Source of the DNA: a virus
Lineage: Duplodnaviria; Caudoviricetes
IMG/VR virus record: IMGVR_UViG_3300042318_001133
Span: 15,562-79,561 of that record
Length of the DNA: 64,000 bases
Direction: 5' to 3' (one strand)
In this document: positions 47,257-56,329 of the stretch, piece after piece
Layout of the letters: every line of letters starts with the position of its first letter
How positions within the stretch are numbered: position 1 is the stretch's first letter
Position numbers and translations under genes: made by a program
The notes under the pieces: model-generated
The model's input: the letters and a program-made list of their open reading frames with translations, nothing else
Told to the model about the DNA's origin: nothing
The model's database searches: none

Positions 47257-48753
47257 TTATGCTACAGCAGTTCCGATGTTAATGAAACGAATCATTTTTT
47301 TCGGTGCATACAAGATCGGCGTACCGTAAAGTAAACACATGAAACGTTTTGAAGGACTCAATACAGCAAGATCCATTTTCATTAATGGTGCCAATTGTTT
47401 GAATTCCATAACTTCAGAATCTCCTTGAAGTAACATTGCTTGCTCAGTACCTGGCAACCATCTGTTTAAATCAAGAACTAAACCTGCAGTTGCTCCGTCA
47501 TATCCAGCAGCTTTTTCAGCAGCAGATACTTCAAAGATTGGGTACAATAATGCTGTAGCAGCAGTCTCGTCTTTCTTTGAACGGTAAACTACATATCCAG
47601 TTGCAGGGTAAGCACCACCACCATCTGTGAAAGATAATGTTACTTTGTTTCCTGCAGCAACAGTTACTGCAGCAGCACCAACTTGAGTAGGAGTTGTTTC
47701 ACCGTAACGGTTTTTCGCTGCAACAGCGTAAACGTAATCTCCTGCATCAGCAGTAGCGAAACGAGATTTCAATGCACCTGCAGAAGCAGCAGCAAGAGAA
47801 ACAGAAGCAACAACAGCAGGAGCTTTTGTTGAAGTAGCTGGATCAGACAAACGACGTGGTCCTGCTTTAGCAGCAAAGATGTCATATTCCAAATCAATTT
47901 CACCGAATTGAGATTGGAATTTTTGAACTCTTTGACCCATAACTCCATTTGTTAATGCAGCAGTATTTGGTTGGATCAATTTAGAAGCGTGGAACGATTT
48001 TACAAAGTTACTCAACACTACTGGAGGAGCTACAAGTAAATTACCGTATCCAAAGTTTCTAATAATTGCATTGGCAGCATCTTCGATTTCAGCCTCACCT
48101 AAACGACGACCTCTTAAATCGATTACAACTTCAGAATCTTGGTAAGCATCAAGTGTTGCGAACTCATCGTTTGCAGCATGTTGAGCGTAAAGACCTCTCC
48201 ACTCTTGAGGAGTAGTTTTGTCATCACCCCAGAATAAACCACGGTCAGCTTTTCTTAGGATCCATTGGATACCGTTAGTAACCTCACGTTGGATCATATT
48301 TCCAATTTGAGTATTAACTAATTGCATTGGATGTGAAACTGCTTTAGTTACACCTAAGAATTTCACCAACTCCGCACGTCTTACATAGATAGAATCTTCT
48401 TCTTCTGGTAATTCACCTTCGTTGTTGAAACCACCTCTGTCAGCCCCGTAAGACTTTAATTGGTTGTACTCTTCTACTGTATTGTATGCAGCAGCTTTAG
48501 GCATTCTTTTCCAGAAGCGAATATCGCTATCCTTGAATGTAAGAAGTTTTAAGTTCTTTTCAAGAGATTCTGTTTTTAAAGCTCCACCAGCTGTTTCTTG
48601 ATCTGCAAGAGATCTACCAGTAGTACTTCCAGCTTCCATCGCTTTGCTTAATTCAGCTAATTGCTCTGGAGTTGTGCTTGCGTTATCAAACAAAGCTTGG
48701 TTGTCCATAGATCCCGCTTGATAATCTGCCAAATTAATTCCTAATCCGTTCAT
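47257..48753 (-). CDS. major capsid protein (SPO1/Twort-like)
   Basis: ELSKAM, GGALKTESL, YNTVEEY, LAPLMKMDLA, LLYGTPILYAPKK; highly biased codon usage. Confidence 0.93.
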   Translation of the reverse strand: MNGLGINLADYQAGSMDNQALFDNASTTPEQLAELSKAMEAGSTTGRSLADQETAGGALKTESLEKNLKLLTFKDSDIRFWKRMPKAAAYNTVEEYNQLKSYGADRGGFNNEGELPEEEDSIYVRRAELVKFLGVTKAVSHPMQLVNTQIGNMIQREVTNGIQWILRKADRGLFWGDDKTTPQEWRGLYAQHAANDEFATLDAYQDSEVVIDLRGRRLGEAEIEDAANAIIRNFGYGNLLVAPPVVLSNFVKSFHASKLIQPNTAALTNGVMGQRVQKFQSQFGEIDLEYDIFAAKAGPRRLSDPATSTKAPAVVASVSLAAASAGALKSRFATADAGDYVYAVAAKNRYGETTPTQVGAAAVTVAAGNKVTLSFTDGGGAYPATGYVVYRSKKDETAATALLYPIFEVSAAEKAAGYDGATAGLVLDLNRWLPGTEQAMLLQGDSEVMEFKQLAPLMKMDLAVLSPSKRFMCLLYGTPILYAPKKMIRFINIGTAVA

Positions 48754-48816
48754 TTGAATTATTTTAAGATTTGTAAAAATTTTCCGATTTTGATATTACG
48801 ATTTATGCTTTTAATA

Positions 48817-50550
48817 TTATGCAACTACGCGGATTTTTTCATCCACCAATAGTCTGTGTGCAATTTCTGGTTTTAACACTCCAGATGCTTCATACAACGT
48901 CATTGCATTTGCAAACGCCATATTAGCTACTCCGTGTTCTGTAATTCCTGCACGTGAATCTAAGATGTCTAAGATTTGTGCTTTGTGTAGGTTCGTTGAA
49001 AGAGTTGTAATTCCATCGTTGTTAGAATTTTGATCTTTATCGAAACCTTTCTCGATGTATGCAGCAGATGTTGCTGATTTTCTTCCTGGAGTTGAATTCT
49101 CAATTGCAGAAAGACGTCCTTCTAAACTGTCAAAGTTTTCAGACAATGCTTTTTGGATCGTTCCAAGTGCAGATACAGAATCAAGAACTTTTGCATTTTC
49201 AGCTTTAATCAATTCCATTAATGGACTAACATTGTCACCCTCAATACCTTTTTTCACTTCACCTACATTATCGCCTGGATTCTCTGTTCCACCTTCAGTA
49301 GCTGCAGCAGTACCCATTGTATCGCCTTCAGTACCCATTGCTTTCTTAGTCTCGTAAGCATCCATAGCTTTCTTCATTTTAGAAAGTTCGTTGGACATAT
49401 CTTCACAAGCCTTTTTCATTGCATTGTACTCCTCATCGGACATATCTCCTTTTGCAGCAAGATCTTCTTCGTCGTCAGCTTTTTCTGCGTTAGCTTTAGT
49501 TTCAGCGTCTTTTTTGTCGCCATCTTCAGCATAATCTTCAGCAGTATCTTCACCTTTTGAATCTGCATCTGCAGAAGCTTCAGCGTCTTGCGCTTTCGTA
49601 ATATCGTCAGAAGAGTCTTCTGACCCTACAGATTTACTGATTCCTAAGACAGTGAACGCTTTGTCGATAGCTTCTTGAGAGATTGTTTTTTCCATTGAGT
49701 TGTTATTTTCTGATTTATAAATTGTTTCTATAACTGTGTAGATATCTTTAGCTTTTTCGATATCTGCATCGTGAAGATACTGAAAAATCTGACCATAAAC
49801 TTCACCCTTAGTTAAATCTTTTCTTTTCTTCTGCCCAATTTTTTGAGTGTCGATCACTTGACCTCCTAAACTTTCACGTACTACAGATGCACCATTTCCG
49901 GTTGCTTCCATTGCTTTAATCGTTACATTCAAATCCTTATCTACAGTGATGCGCTCTCCGGTTGGTTTTGTGATATCTAAAATGAATTCAGAGTTTCCAC
50001 CATTAGCATCTTGACTGTCTTCAAATTCATAATCTTCAACGTCAGCACCGTGCCCTTTGATGATCTCAGCTAATGTTTGAGAATTCTTTGGAGTTGGAGT
50101 AATGGCACATCCTGTGATTTGTGCTTGTTTAACAATCTTAGGATTCATTGCATCACGCTCAGTCACTTTACCCTCAATACTGAAACCCAAATGACGTCCA
50201 GAATTACTTGATTTAAGCGCCTCTGCAAGTGTATAGATGTCTTTCGCTAAAGGACTATCTGCATACAACTCTCCTTCAATGTATAGCTTCTTGTCGCGAA
50301 TTTCAGCTACTGTAGGTTCTCCTACGATAGCGGCTGGATTCGTTTTTGATTGGTGGTGCCAATTCAAGAAACCATACTTCAAGAAATATTGAAGATCAAA
50401 ACCTTCTGGATCCAAGAATTCACCATCTGAGTCTTCATCTGAAGTAGAGGCAATACCTCCAATCTTCATTACCTTCTTTCCTTTCTCGTCAGTTCCTTTT
50501 GTTAATTCCAAAGGAACGAAAAATCTAAAATCACTTCCTGATTGTTTCAT
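48817..50550 (-). CDS. prohead protease (HK97/S78-like) fused to scaffold
   Basis: GIASTSDEDSDGE, FLNWHH, LGFSIEG, ITPTPKN; acidic coiled-coil C-half with many (I/L)xK(A/G/S) motifs. Confidence 0.9.
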   Translation of the reverse strand: MKQSGSDFRFFVPLELTKGTDEKGKKVMKIGGIASTSDEDSDGEFLDPEGFDLQYFLKYGFLNWHHQSKTNPAAIVGEPTVAEIRDKKLYIEGELYADSPLAKDIYTLAEALKSSNSGRHLGFSIEGKVTERDAMNPKIVKQAQITGCAITPTPKNSQTLAEIIKGHGADVEDYEFEDSQDANGGNSEFILDITKPTGERITVDKDLNVTIKAMEATGNGASVVRESLGGQVIDTQKIGQKKRKDLTKGEVYGQIFQYLHDADIEKAKDIYTVIETIYKSENNNSMEKTISQEAIDKAFTVLGISKSVGSEDSSDDITKAQDAEASADADSKGEDTAEDYAEDGDKKDAETKANAEKADDEEDLAAKGDMSDEEYNAMKKACEDMSNELSKMKKAMDAYETKKAMGTEGDTMGTAAATEGGTENPGDNVGEVKKGIEGDNVSPLMELIKAENAKVLDSVSALGTIQKALSENFDSLEGRLSAIENSTPGRKSATSAAYIEKGFDKDQNSNNDGITTLSTNLHKAQILDILDSRAGITEHGVANMAFANAMTLYEASGVLKPEIAHRLLVDEKIRVVA

Positions 50551-50759
50551 TATGATAGCATATTGTCTGTTGGTTCATACTGCTCTAAAATTGGCTTAAA
50601 TTCCTCTTCAGAGTATCCGATCGTGTTCAATGCTTGTTCGTGAGAATACTTCAGATCACGCATATATCCTTTATATGTGTAGTATGCTGCACAATCTGCT
50701 GCAGCTTGACTTTCTACTGGACCAAATCCATCGTCACCTACTAATTTTTCTTCTGCCAT
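50550..50759 (-). CDS. hypothetical acidic protein (69 aa)
   Basis: Coupled ORF. Confidence 0.5.
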   Translation of the reverse strand: MAEEKLVGDDGFGPVESQAAADCAAYYTYKGYMRDLKYSHEQALNTIGYSEEEFKPILEQYEPTDNMLS

Positions 50760-50998
50760 TACTTATTCAGTGTTAATACTTTAACTACATTCATTTGCGC
50801 ATTCAATAACTCTCCTACGGCATTGTTGAAGAGTCTGTCTGCGAAAGGATCTCCTGCCATATTGTGAGCACGATATTCCTTTTCAAGTAAATCTGCAGCG
50901 TCTGCAAATAATCTTTTCGCTTGCGAAACCTTATCGTCATTCGCCGGATTGAAATGTAAACCTACTAATTTCTCTCCGAATGTTAGTTGCTTTTCCAT
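50759..50998 (-). CDS. Acb2/Tad1-like helical hairpin protein, possible nucleotide-signal sponge
   Basis: TFGEKLVGLHFNP...KRLFADAADLL...RLFNNAVGELLNAQMNVVK resembles the family from memory; unverified. Confidence 0.5.
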   Translation of the reverse strand: MEKQLTFGEKLVGLHFNPANDDKVSQAKRLFADAADLLEKEYRAHNMAGDPFADRLFNNAVGELLNAQMNVVKVLTLNK

Positions 50999-50999
50999 C

Positions 51000-53177
51000 T
51001 TAATATTGGATATATGATTCGAAACGATCTCTTTGAATTGGATCTTTTAAATTCAAGAAACCTTTCCAGTTATTGCCATTCATAACAATCTTAGCAGGCT
51101 TCCCTCCGTTAATTTGACATATATAATCCATTGGGAATCTTGTTGTCTCAGGATTGTTTCTGTAGAAATCTTCCACTACCTTTTTAGCCTTCTCTGCGTC
51201 GTCTCGCGTAACTGTATACTTAGTTCTGGTACCTCTTTCATCGATATCCATTTCACGACCAACGTAGTGAGCGAAAGCGTTTGCTTTCTCAAGTGCCATA
51301 TTTTTCGTTGCAGTAAATCCATAACGACCCCAAGCGTATGCTCCAGATGTAATGTTGGCAGATACTTCTAATTCAGTAATTCCTGCACGACGATATTGTT
51401 TGTTGAGAATTCTAAAGATTTTCTTACCAAGACCACCTCCTTGATTAACGTCACTCCCTACCTTGAAGTAAGCGTGATATACGGATGTTCCACCCTCACT
51501 TTGAGTAGGTGAAGTGAAATCTTTTTGCGTTCTAAAATTTCTTTCAAGTTTAAATCCTCCAGTTCCTGTTATAAGTAACACAAAAGCTCCTCGCGGATTA
51601 ACTGTAATCGATTTAACTAATCGCTGAACTCCTGCCGCTCTAATCTCATTAGATAGAGAGTTTACCATTTCACCTAAGTCAAGGTTTGGAAAATGTTCGT
51701 TATATTGCTGAACCCAACCATCTGTCATGTCGCTGGTTCCAGTTAACCTCATTGCTGCCAGATTTCGAATCATCGTAGAGTCCATTGTAGATGGATTTCT
51801 TACAACTGGAGGTGCTCCAGGAACTGTTGTTTGAACAGATTGCCCAGTTACAACCTTCTCAACTTTACCTCCACGCGTAGGAGGAATTTGTTTATAAATC
51901 TGAGTACCATCTGGCAATGCAATTGTCAATCGACCCTTACCGTCAGCTTGTCTCCATACTGACTTTACTCTTCCGTCAACCAATTGATTATCTTTTGTGA
52001 AACGAACCGCATCTCCATTATGGATTTGATTTTCATGAGTAATGTCTGTGGCAGTTTCGGTAGATGAATTCATGTCTACTTCGTGTGTTTGAGAGAGACG
52101 TCTCAAATCAGCCTCGTGCACTGTTGCATTTGCAAGTTCAGCTTGTCTTGCGCGATCTCTTTCAATTGCAGGATCCACCCATTCGCTAAATCTTTCAGAT
52201 TGATTCCAGTTAGGAGAAGATGTTCGCGGCAACTTCACAGACTTGCCTTGATCGAGAGATGCGTTTGGTCCGTAAGTATATCCAGTTGGTGATGTATAGT
52301 TGTCGATAAATTTCGCAACAATATGATCTGGATGTATTTCAGTAATCTTCAACTTTGAAGCGTTCAGTGATGTTCCAGAACTCCATCCTTTGAAATGAGC
52401 GTTGATTAAATCACCTTCACTCATTCTATGCTCAAATGCCTGTTGATCTAAAAACGTTGCAGCTTTCTCTGGCGTCTTTTCTTCAAATTTCTTGTATACT
52501 GTTTTAGTATATACTCGCCCATCTCTTGTAGTTACTTGAATTCTCGTTGGAGTAAGATGAGAAAGATTATGAATTGCTTTCTCTAACAATTCACCCTTCA
52601 ACAACCCCTCTTCCTTTGCCGTAGCTAAAGTCATTGCTGATTCAATATAATCTTCTTCGGAAACGATTATAGGAGCATCTCTACGTTCCGTAAGGGCTCC
52701 CATATCGATTGCCTTTGTCAACATTTCACATACTTGTTGAAATGAGATAGATTCTACATTGGTGTCGAAAGATAAGTGTTCGAAGTAATTCTTCTCAGCA
52801 ACAACTTCAGCTTTTTCAATTGAAGGATTGATGATTAAATTAAGTTGATGTTGAAAGTCTATGATATCACTTTCAGCTTTTTGAATCTCTTGATTGATAT
52901 CAGCCAATTCTTTAAAGAAATTTCTCTCATATCGATTAAATCTTCGTTGAATTGATTCTTTATCCTCATCCTGAGACGCTTTCTCGAATACTTGAGCTGT
53001 TTCATCATTAACCTTATCGAAAGCCTTTATAACTTCATCTTTTGAAGATTGAAGAAATGTAACTTTCTCTTGAGATACTTTGATGGATTCTTGTAATTGA
53101 GAAATAAGACCTTTTTGCAGGTTTTTTTCTTTACTTCCAAACACATTGGATAGAATGGTCTTAAAATTAAAATTCAT
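51000..53177 (-). CDS. multidomain putative injected protein with C-terminal GNAT acetyltransferase-like domain
   Basis: VYHAYFKV...NQGGGLGKKIF (QxxGxG), GITELEVSAN, GAYAWGRYGF; N-terminal 200 aa rich in (I/L)xK(A/G) motifs. Confidence 0.7.
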   Translation of the reverse strand: MNFNFKTILSNVFGSKEKNLQKGLISQLQESIKVSQEKVTFLQSSKDEVIKAFDKVNDETAQVFEKASQDEDKESIQRRFNRYERNFFKELADINQEIQKAESDIIDFQHQLNLIINPSIEKAEVVAEKNYFEHLSFDTNVESISFQQVCEMLTKAIDMGALTERRDAPIIVSEEDYIESAMTLATAKEEGLLKGELLEKAIHNLSHLTPTRIQVTTRDGRVYTKTVYKKFEEKTPEKAATFLDQQAFEHRMSEGDLINAHFKGWSSGTSLNASKLKITEIHPDHIVAKFIDNYTSPTGYTYGPNASLDQGKSVKLPRTSSPNWNQSERFSEWVDPAIERDRARQAELANATVHEADLRRLSQTHEVDMNSSTETATDITHENQIHNGDAVRFTKDNQLVDGRVKSVWRQADGKGRLTIALPDGTQIYKQIPPTRGGKVEKVVTGQSVQTTVPGAPPVVRNPSTMDSTMIRNLAAMRLTGTSDMTDGWVQQYNEHFPNLDLGEMVNSLSNEIRAAGVQRLVKSITVNPRGAFVLLITGTGGFKLERNFRTQKDFTSPTQSEGGTSVYHAYFKVGSDVNQGGGLGKKIFRILNKQYRRAGITELEVSANITSGAYAWGRYGFTATKNMALEKANAFAHYVGREMDIDERGTRTKYTVTRDDAEKAKKVVEDFYRNNPETTRFPMDYICQINGGKPAKIVMNGNNWKGFLNLKDPIQRDRFESYIQY

Positions 53178-53215
53178 TTTCGAGTTGCAAATATTATTAA
53201 TATCTTATTTTAATG

Positions 53216-53233
53216 TATTTAGCCGGCTAAATA
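53216..53233. repeat. 18-bp perfect palindrome
   Basis: TATTTAGCCGGCTAAATA is its own reverse complement. Confidence 0.9.
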
Positions 53234-53429
53234 GGAATATAATCCGTTAAGAGGCTATTAAGCTTGAGAGGCTTTCTTTAACCGGCTTTTAACCGCTCCC
53301 TTCCCTTCCCGATGTAAAGGTAGATTGAAAATATTTACCTGCAACGGGACAGATTGAAATGTAATGGTACTGTTGAATCTTCTTTTCACAATTTACAGAT
53401 GTTTAATAATTTTTCTTCACTCCAAGTAT

Positions 53430-53951
53430 TTATAGGACAATATTTCGCTCATAAAGAATAAAGTCTCCTGAGATGGTCTTAGCTTGGCCAGATTTATTGG
53501 TGATGCGAATCAAATAATTTGTATATTTTTTCAATATAATTTCAGCACCATCGCGCACTGGACCTGCCCCAATTGATCCAGAAGACCTCCCTCCAGAACC
53601 TCCAGGAACGAAAATCTTCTTCAATAGTGTTCCGGTAGATGTGATTGTTGGTAAGTGAAATGCTTGAGACTTTGGAGTAAGTATACTATTTCGATTGACA
53701 TTGAACATTGATAATCCTGATCCAGTCGACGATGTGATTGCGTCTTCGAAAATTTCAACATAAATATCACCTCCCCCTGCAGCCGAGAAAGTTAAATGTG
53801 ATTGAAACCCATCTGTAACTATTAAAGTGTCGGAAGATGCGTTATTTGCAACTCCCTCATCTAAATGAGTGAATGTAAATGCTTGACCGGCATGACCTCT
53901 TTGTTCGGTCTCATTGACGGTAGTTTGAATTAATCCTATAACTTCGCCCAT
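53430..53951 (-). CDS. putative virion accessory protein (173 aa)
   Basis: Beta-rich with Gly-rich loop; follows decoration-like genes. Confidence 0.5.
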   Translation of the reverse strand: MGEVIGLIQTTVNETEQRGHAGQAFTFTHLDEGVANNASSDTLIVTDGFQSHLTFSAAGGGDIYVEIFEDAITSSTGSGLSMFNVNRNSILTPKSQAFHLPTITSTGTLLKKIFVPGGSGGRSSGSIGAGPVRDGAEIILKKYTNYLIRITNKSGQAKTISGDFILYERNIVL

Positions 53952-53953
53952 AA

Positions 53954-54346
53954 TTATGAGTGTTTGGCAACAAAATATAGGCGAACTAAACCTGCTAAAA
54001 TTGCACCCTTAGTAATTTTTACACCCAAATACTTACCACTAAAAGTTGCAGTTGCTAATGTACCACTTTGATTCGCAGCAGTTAAGGAGTTTTGAATTCC
54101 CAAAGTATCCCAATTTAACCCATCGTTAGATTGCGCTAAATCAACTGTACCATTAAACGATCCCGTCAATCCTACAGCAACTACTTGACATGATACTATT
54201 TTAGCACCTAAAGAAAATGCATCGTCAATCGAAACTACTTGTGTAGATCCAATCAATGACATATCTACTTCAACGAAACATTCTCCAACCGGAGATCCCA
54301 TTGAAGATGATGCGTTTTTCACTGAATATGAATTGTTTCCTAACAT
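53954..54346 (-). CDS. putative virion accessory beta-sandwich protein
   Basis: Likely ATG at 54346 (MLGNNS); the track start overlaps a hairpin. Confidence 0.5.
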   Translation of the reverse strand: MLGNNSYSVKNASSSMGSPVGECFVEVDMSLIGSTQVVSIDDAFSLGAKIVSCQVVAVGLTGSFNGTVDLAQSNDGLNWDTLGIQNSLTAANQSGTLATATFSGKYLGVKITKGAILAGLVRLYFVAKHS

Positions 54347-54359
54347 GATAAAAAGATTA

Positions 54360-54383
54360 AAGCCCAAGAGCGATCTTGGGCTT
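54360..54383 (-). terminator. hairpin terminator
   Basis: AAGCCCAAGA-gcga-TCTTGGGCTT, 10-bp perfect stem; TAATCTTTTT follows on the minus strand. Confidence 0.7.
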
Positions 54384-54391
54384 AATTAATA

Positions 54392-55267
54392 TTATGCAAC
54401 CGTAATTGCCAATGCTTGAGTGTTTGCTTGTCCTAAATCATCTGTACAAGTAACTGTGAAAGATGAAGCGCCAGTCGCTGAAGGATTACCTGCAATGATT
54501 CCAGTTTTTGGTGCTAAAGTCAATCCTTCTGGAAGTGTTCCGGTAGATACTGTCCAAGTTTTACCTCCGTGAGCACCAACAACTGTCAATGTAACTGAAT
54601 AAGGAGTATCTGCACCTGCAATCGTTACAGTCGTTGTAACTCCTGCATTTCCGTCTGTAGCGTTTGTAGCTACACCCTTCACTGCATTTGTAGACGTTAC
54701 TGTAGCAGTATCTGCAGTTGCTACGAATGCATTTAAACCATCTAAAGCAGCAGCAACTGCAGTAGCAACTTGTGCGTTTGTTGCTCCAGTTGCGATAGCG
54801 ACAGGAATTGCAACCTTGCCTGCAATTGCAGGATCTACACCTGCAGAGTTTACGTTAAACCAAACGTAATAAGCAACAGTTGGAGAATTGATTGTGAAAT
54901 ATTTATTGTTCAATGAACCTGCAGTATCTGCAACACACAAAATTGTCGTTCTTTCAGCAACTGAAACTGTACCAGCAGCCAATGGAGACGTTGAAGTGAT
55001 ATCTAATGCAGTAGCAAGTGCAATTAAATTTGTAGTCGTTCCTGCCTTCATGTCAATCACATCTAAAATTAGATTATTGGCAGTACAGAAAGTTTTAAAT
55101 GCAACTAAAGACGAATTCTTTAAAGGAAAATTGATACCGAAATGAAGTTCTGCAGCATTTAACCCAATAACCTCCATTACTGTAAATGCATCGTTTGATC
55201 CAGAAAGATCAGTTTTGTACTCAACTCTTGCAGTGTTATCTGCATTTCTAATCACTAATGTTTTCAT
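54392..55267 (-). CDS. head decoration-like protein with C-terminal Ig-like (He_PIG) domain
   Basis: WTVSTGTLPEGLTL...TGIIAGNPSATG.SSFTVTCTD. Confidence 0.75.
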   Translation of the reverse strand: MKTLVIRNADNTARVEYKTDLSGSNDAFTVMEVIGLNAAELHFGINFPLKNSSLVAFKTFCTANNLILDVIDMKAGTTTNLIALATALDITSTSPLAAGTVSVAERTTILCVADTAGSLNNKYFTINSPTVAYYVWFNVNSAGVDPAIAGKVAIPVAIATGATNAQVATAVAAALDGLNAFVATADTATVTSTNAVKGVATNATDGNAGVTTTVTIAGADTPYSVTLTVVGAHGGKTWTVSTGTLPEGLTLAPKTGIIAGNPSATGASSFTVTCTDDLGQANTQALAITVA

Positions 55268-55315
55268 GTAAAAGATTTTTATATTAATATTGACCTTAAT
55301 TGGCCAATAAAAATA

Positions 55316-56251
55316 CTAAATCTCAGTAACATCAGCCCCAACTTGAACTTTGATTTTAGATTTTCGTTGGACTTTTCGTTCGTAATCTGTAGATGGAGTT
55401 GAGAATGATCGAGTAGACGGATCCCAATCATATCCTTCTGGCACATCTGCCAATGTACATCTACACCAAGGATGTAGAGGACCAATTACGGGAAGCCAAT
55501 TGTCAACTTTCTTACCCACGTTGGTTCCGTTAGCTTGTAGAGTTGATAGCTTGAAGATTTTCGGTTGTGATCCAATTCCTGCCGTAAGAAAATGACTAAT
55601 ACAATGACGACAAGCGCCAGGATAGACGTCTTTATAGACCAGAGCATCTTTTCCTTTTTCTCGTTCAATACCTGCAGCGCGTCCTTGATCGAATGCACTG
55701 TGTAGTACATAATCACTTATACGACCAAAGTCACGTGACCAGTCTTCAGTCTTACGTCCCAGAGCACTTACCATATCGCGAACAGATCCTCGATTGATTA
55801 AAGTCTCTTCTGCGGTATCTTGAATGATTTTCTCGTAGCGAGCTCGCTGCCTTTGATCTGCCTCAATGTGAGATTGATCGAAGTCGGCTTTGATCTTGTT
55901 TCCTAATCCTCGAATGTCAGAATAGGAATGTGTTTTTAACGCTTCCAGAGAGTCTTTTTCTCTTGTATTTAAAGGAATGAACCTACCCGAATCTAAAAAC
56001 TGTTTAAATGCAGGATAATCGAGCTTTTTTGCAGCTGGTTGACTGAGACTGTAGCTCAGCAATCCAAATTTGAAGGCATGTTCAACTTGAGAATTGTCTT
56101 TTAGTCGATCTACGTCAATTCCGTAAGATCGAAGCAGTGCTTTATCGTTAGGTTGCAGTACGTCAAATCCAACATGCTGGGCTGTAAATAAGATGTGATA
56201 CTTATCTATAACCTTCATTAACTCTTCAATTTGACGTGGAGTGAAAATCAT
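55316..56251 (-). CDS. head morphogenesis protein (MuF/SPP1 gp7-like)
   Basis: RISDYVLHSAFDQGR, GACRHC, PLHPWCRC; likely start MIFTPRQ at 56251. Confidence 0.85.
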   Translation of the reverse strand: MIFTPRQIEELMKVIDKYHILFTAQHVGFDVLQPNDKALLRSYGIDVDRLKDNSQVEHAFKFGLLSYSLSQPAAKKLDYPAFKQFLDSGRFIPLNTREKDSLEALKTHSYSDIRGLGNKIKADFDQSHIEADQRQRARYEKIIQDTAEETLINRGSVRDMVSALGRKTEDWSRDFGRISDYVLHSAFDQGRAAGIEREKGKDALVYKDVYPGACRHCISHFLTAGIGSQPKIFKLSTLQANGTNVGKKVDNWLPVIGPLHPWCRCTLADVPEGYDWDPSTRSFSTPSTDYERKVQRKSKIKVQVGADVTEI

Positions 56252-56329
56252 ATACTGTCCTATAATAAACAGCAAAGTTCGGACATTTATTTAGATTGCC
56301 CGAACTTTCTGCTCAAAAGATGATATTGA

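Noticed and set aside
53320-53362. Two AGATTGAAA words resembling CRISPR repeat ends
   Set aside because: Only 29 nt apart, no full repeat identity, no spacer, no cas genes; not an array
53290-53390. GTG-started 43-codon minus-strand ORF or a tRNA in the large gap
   Set aside because: No coding features or ATG; no T-loop GTTC or cloverleaf pattern
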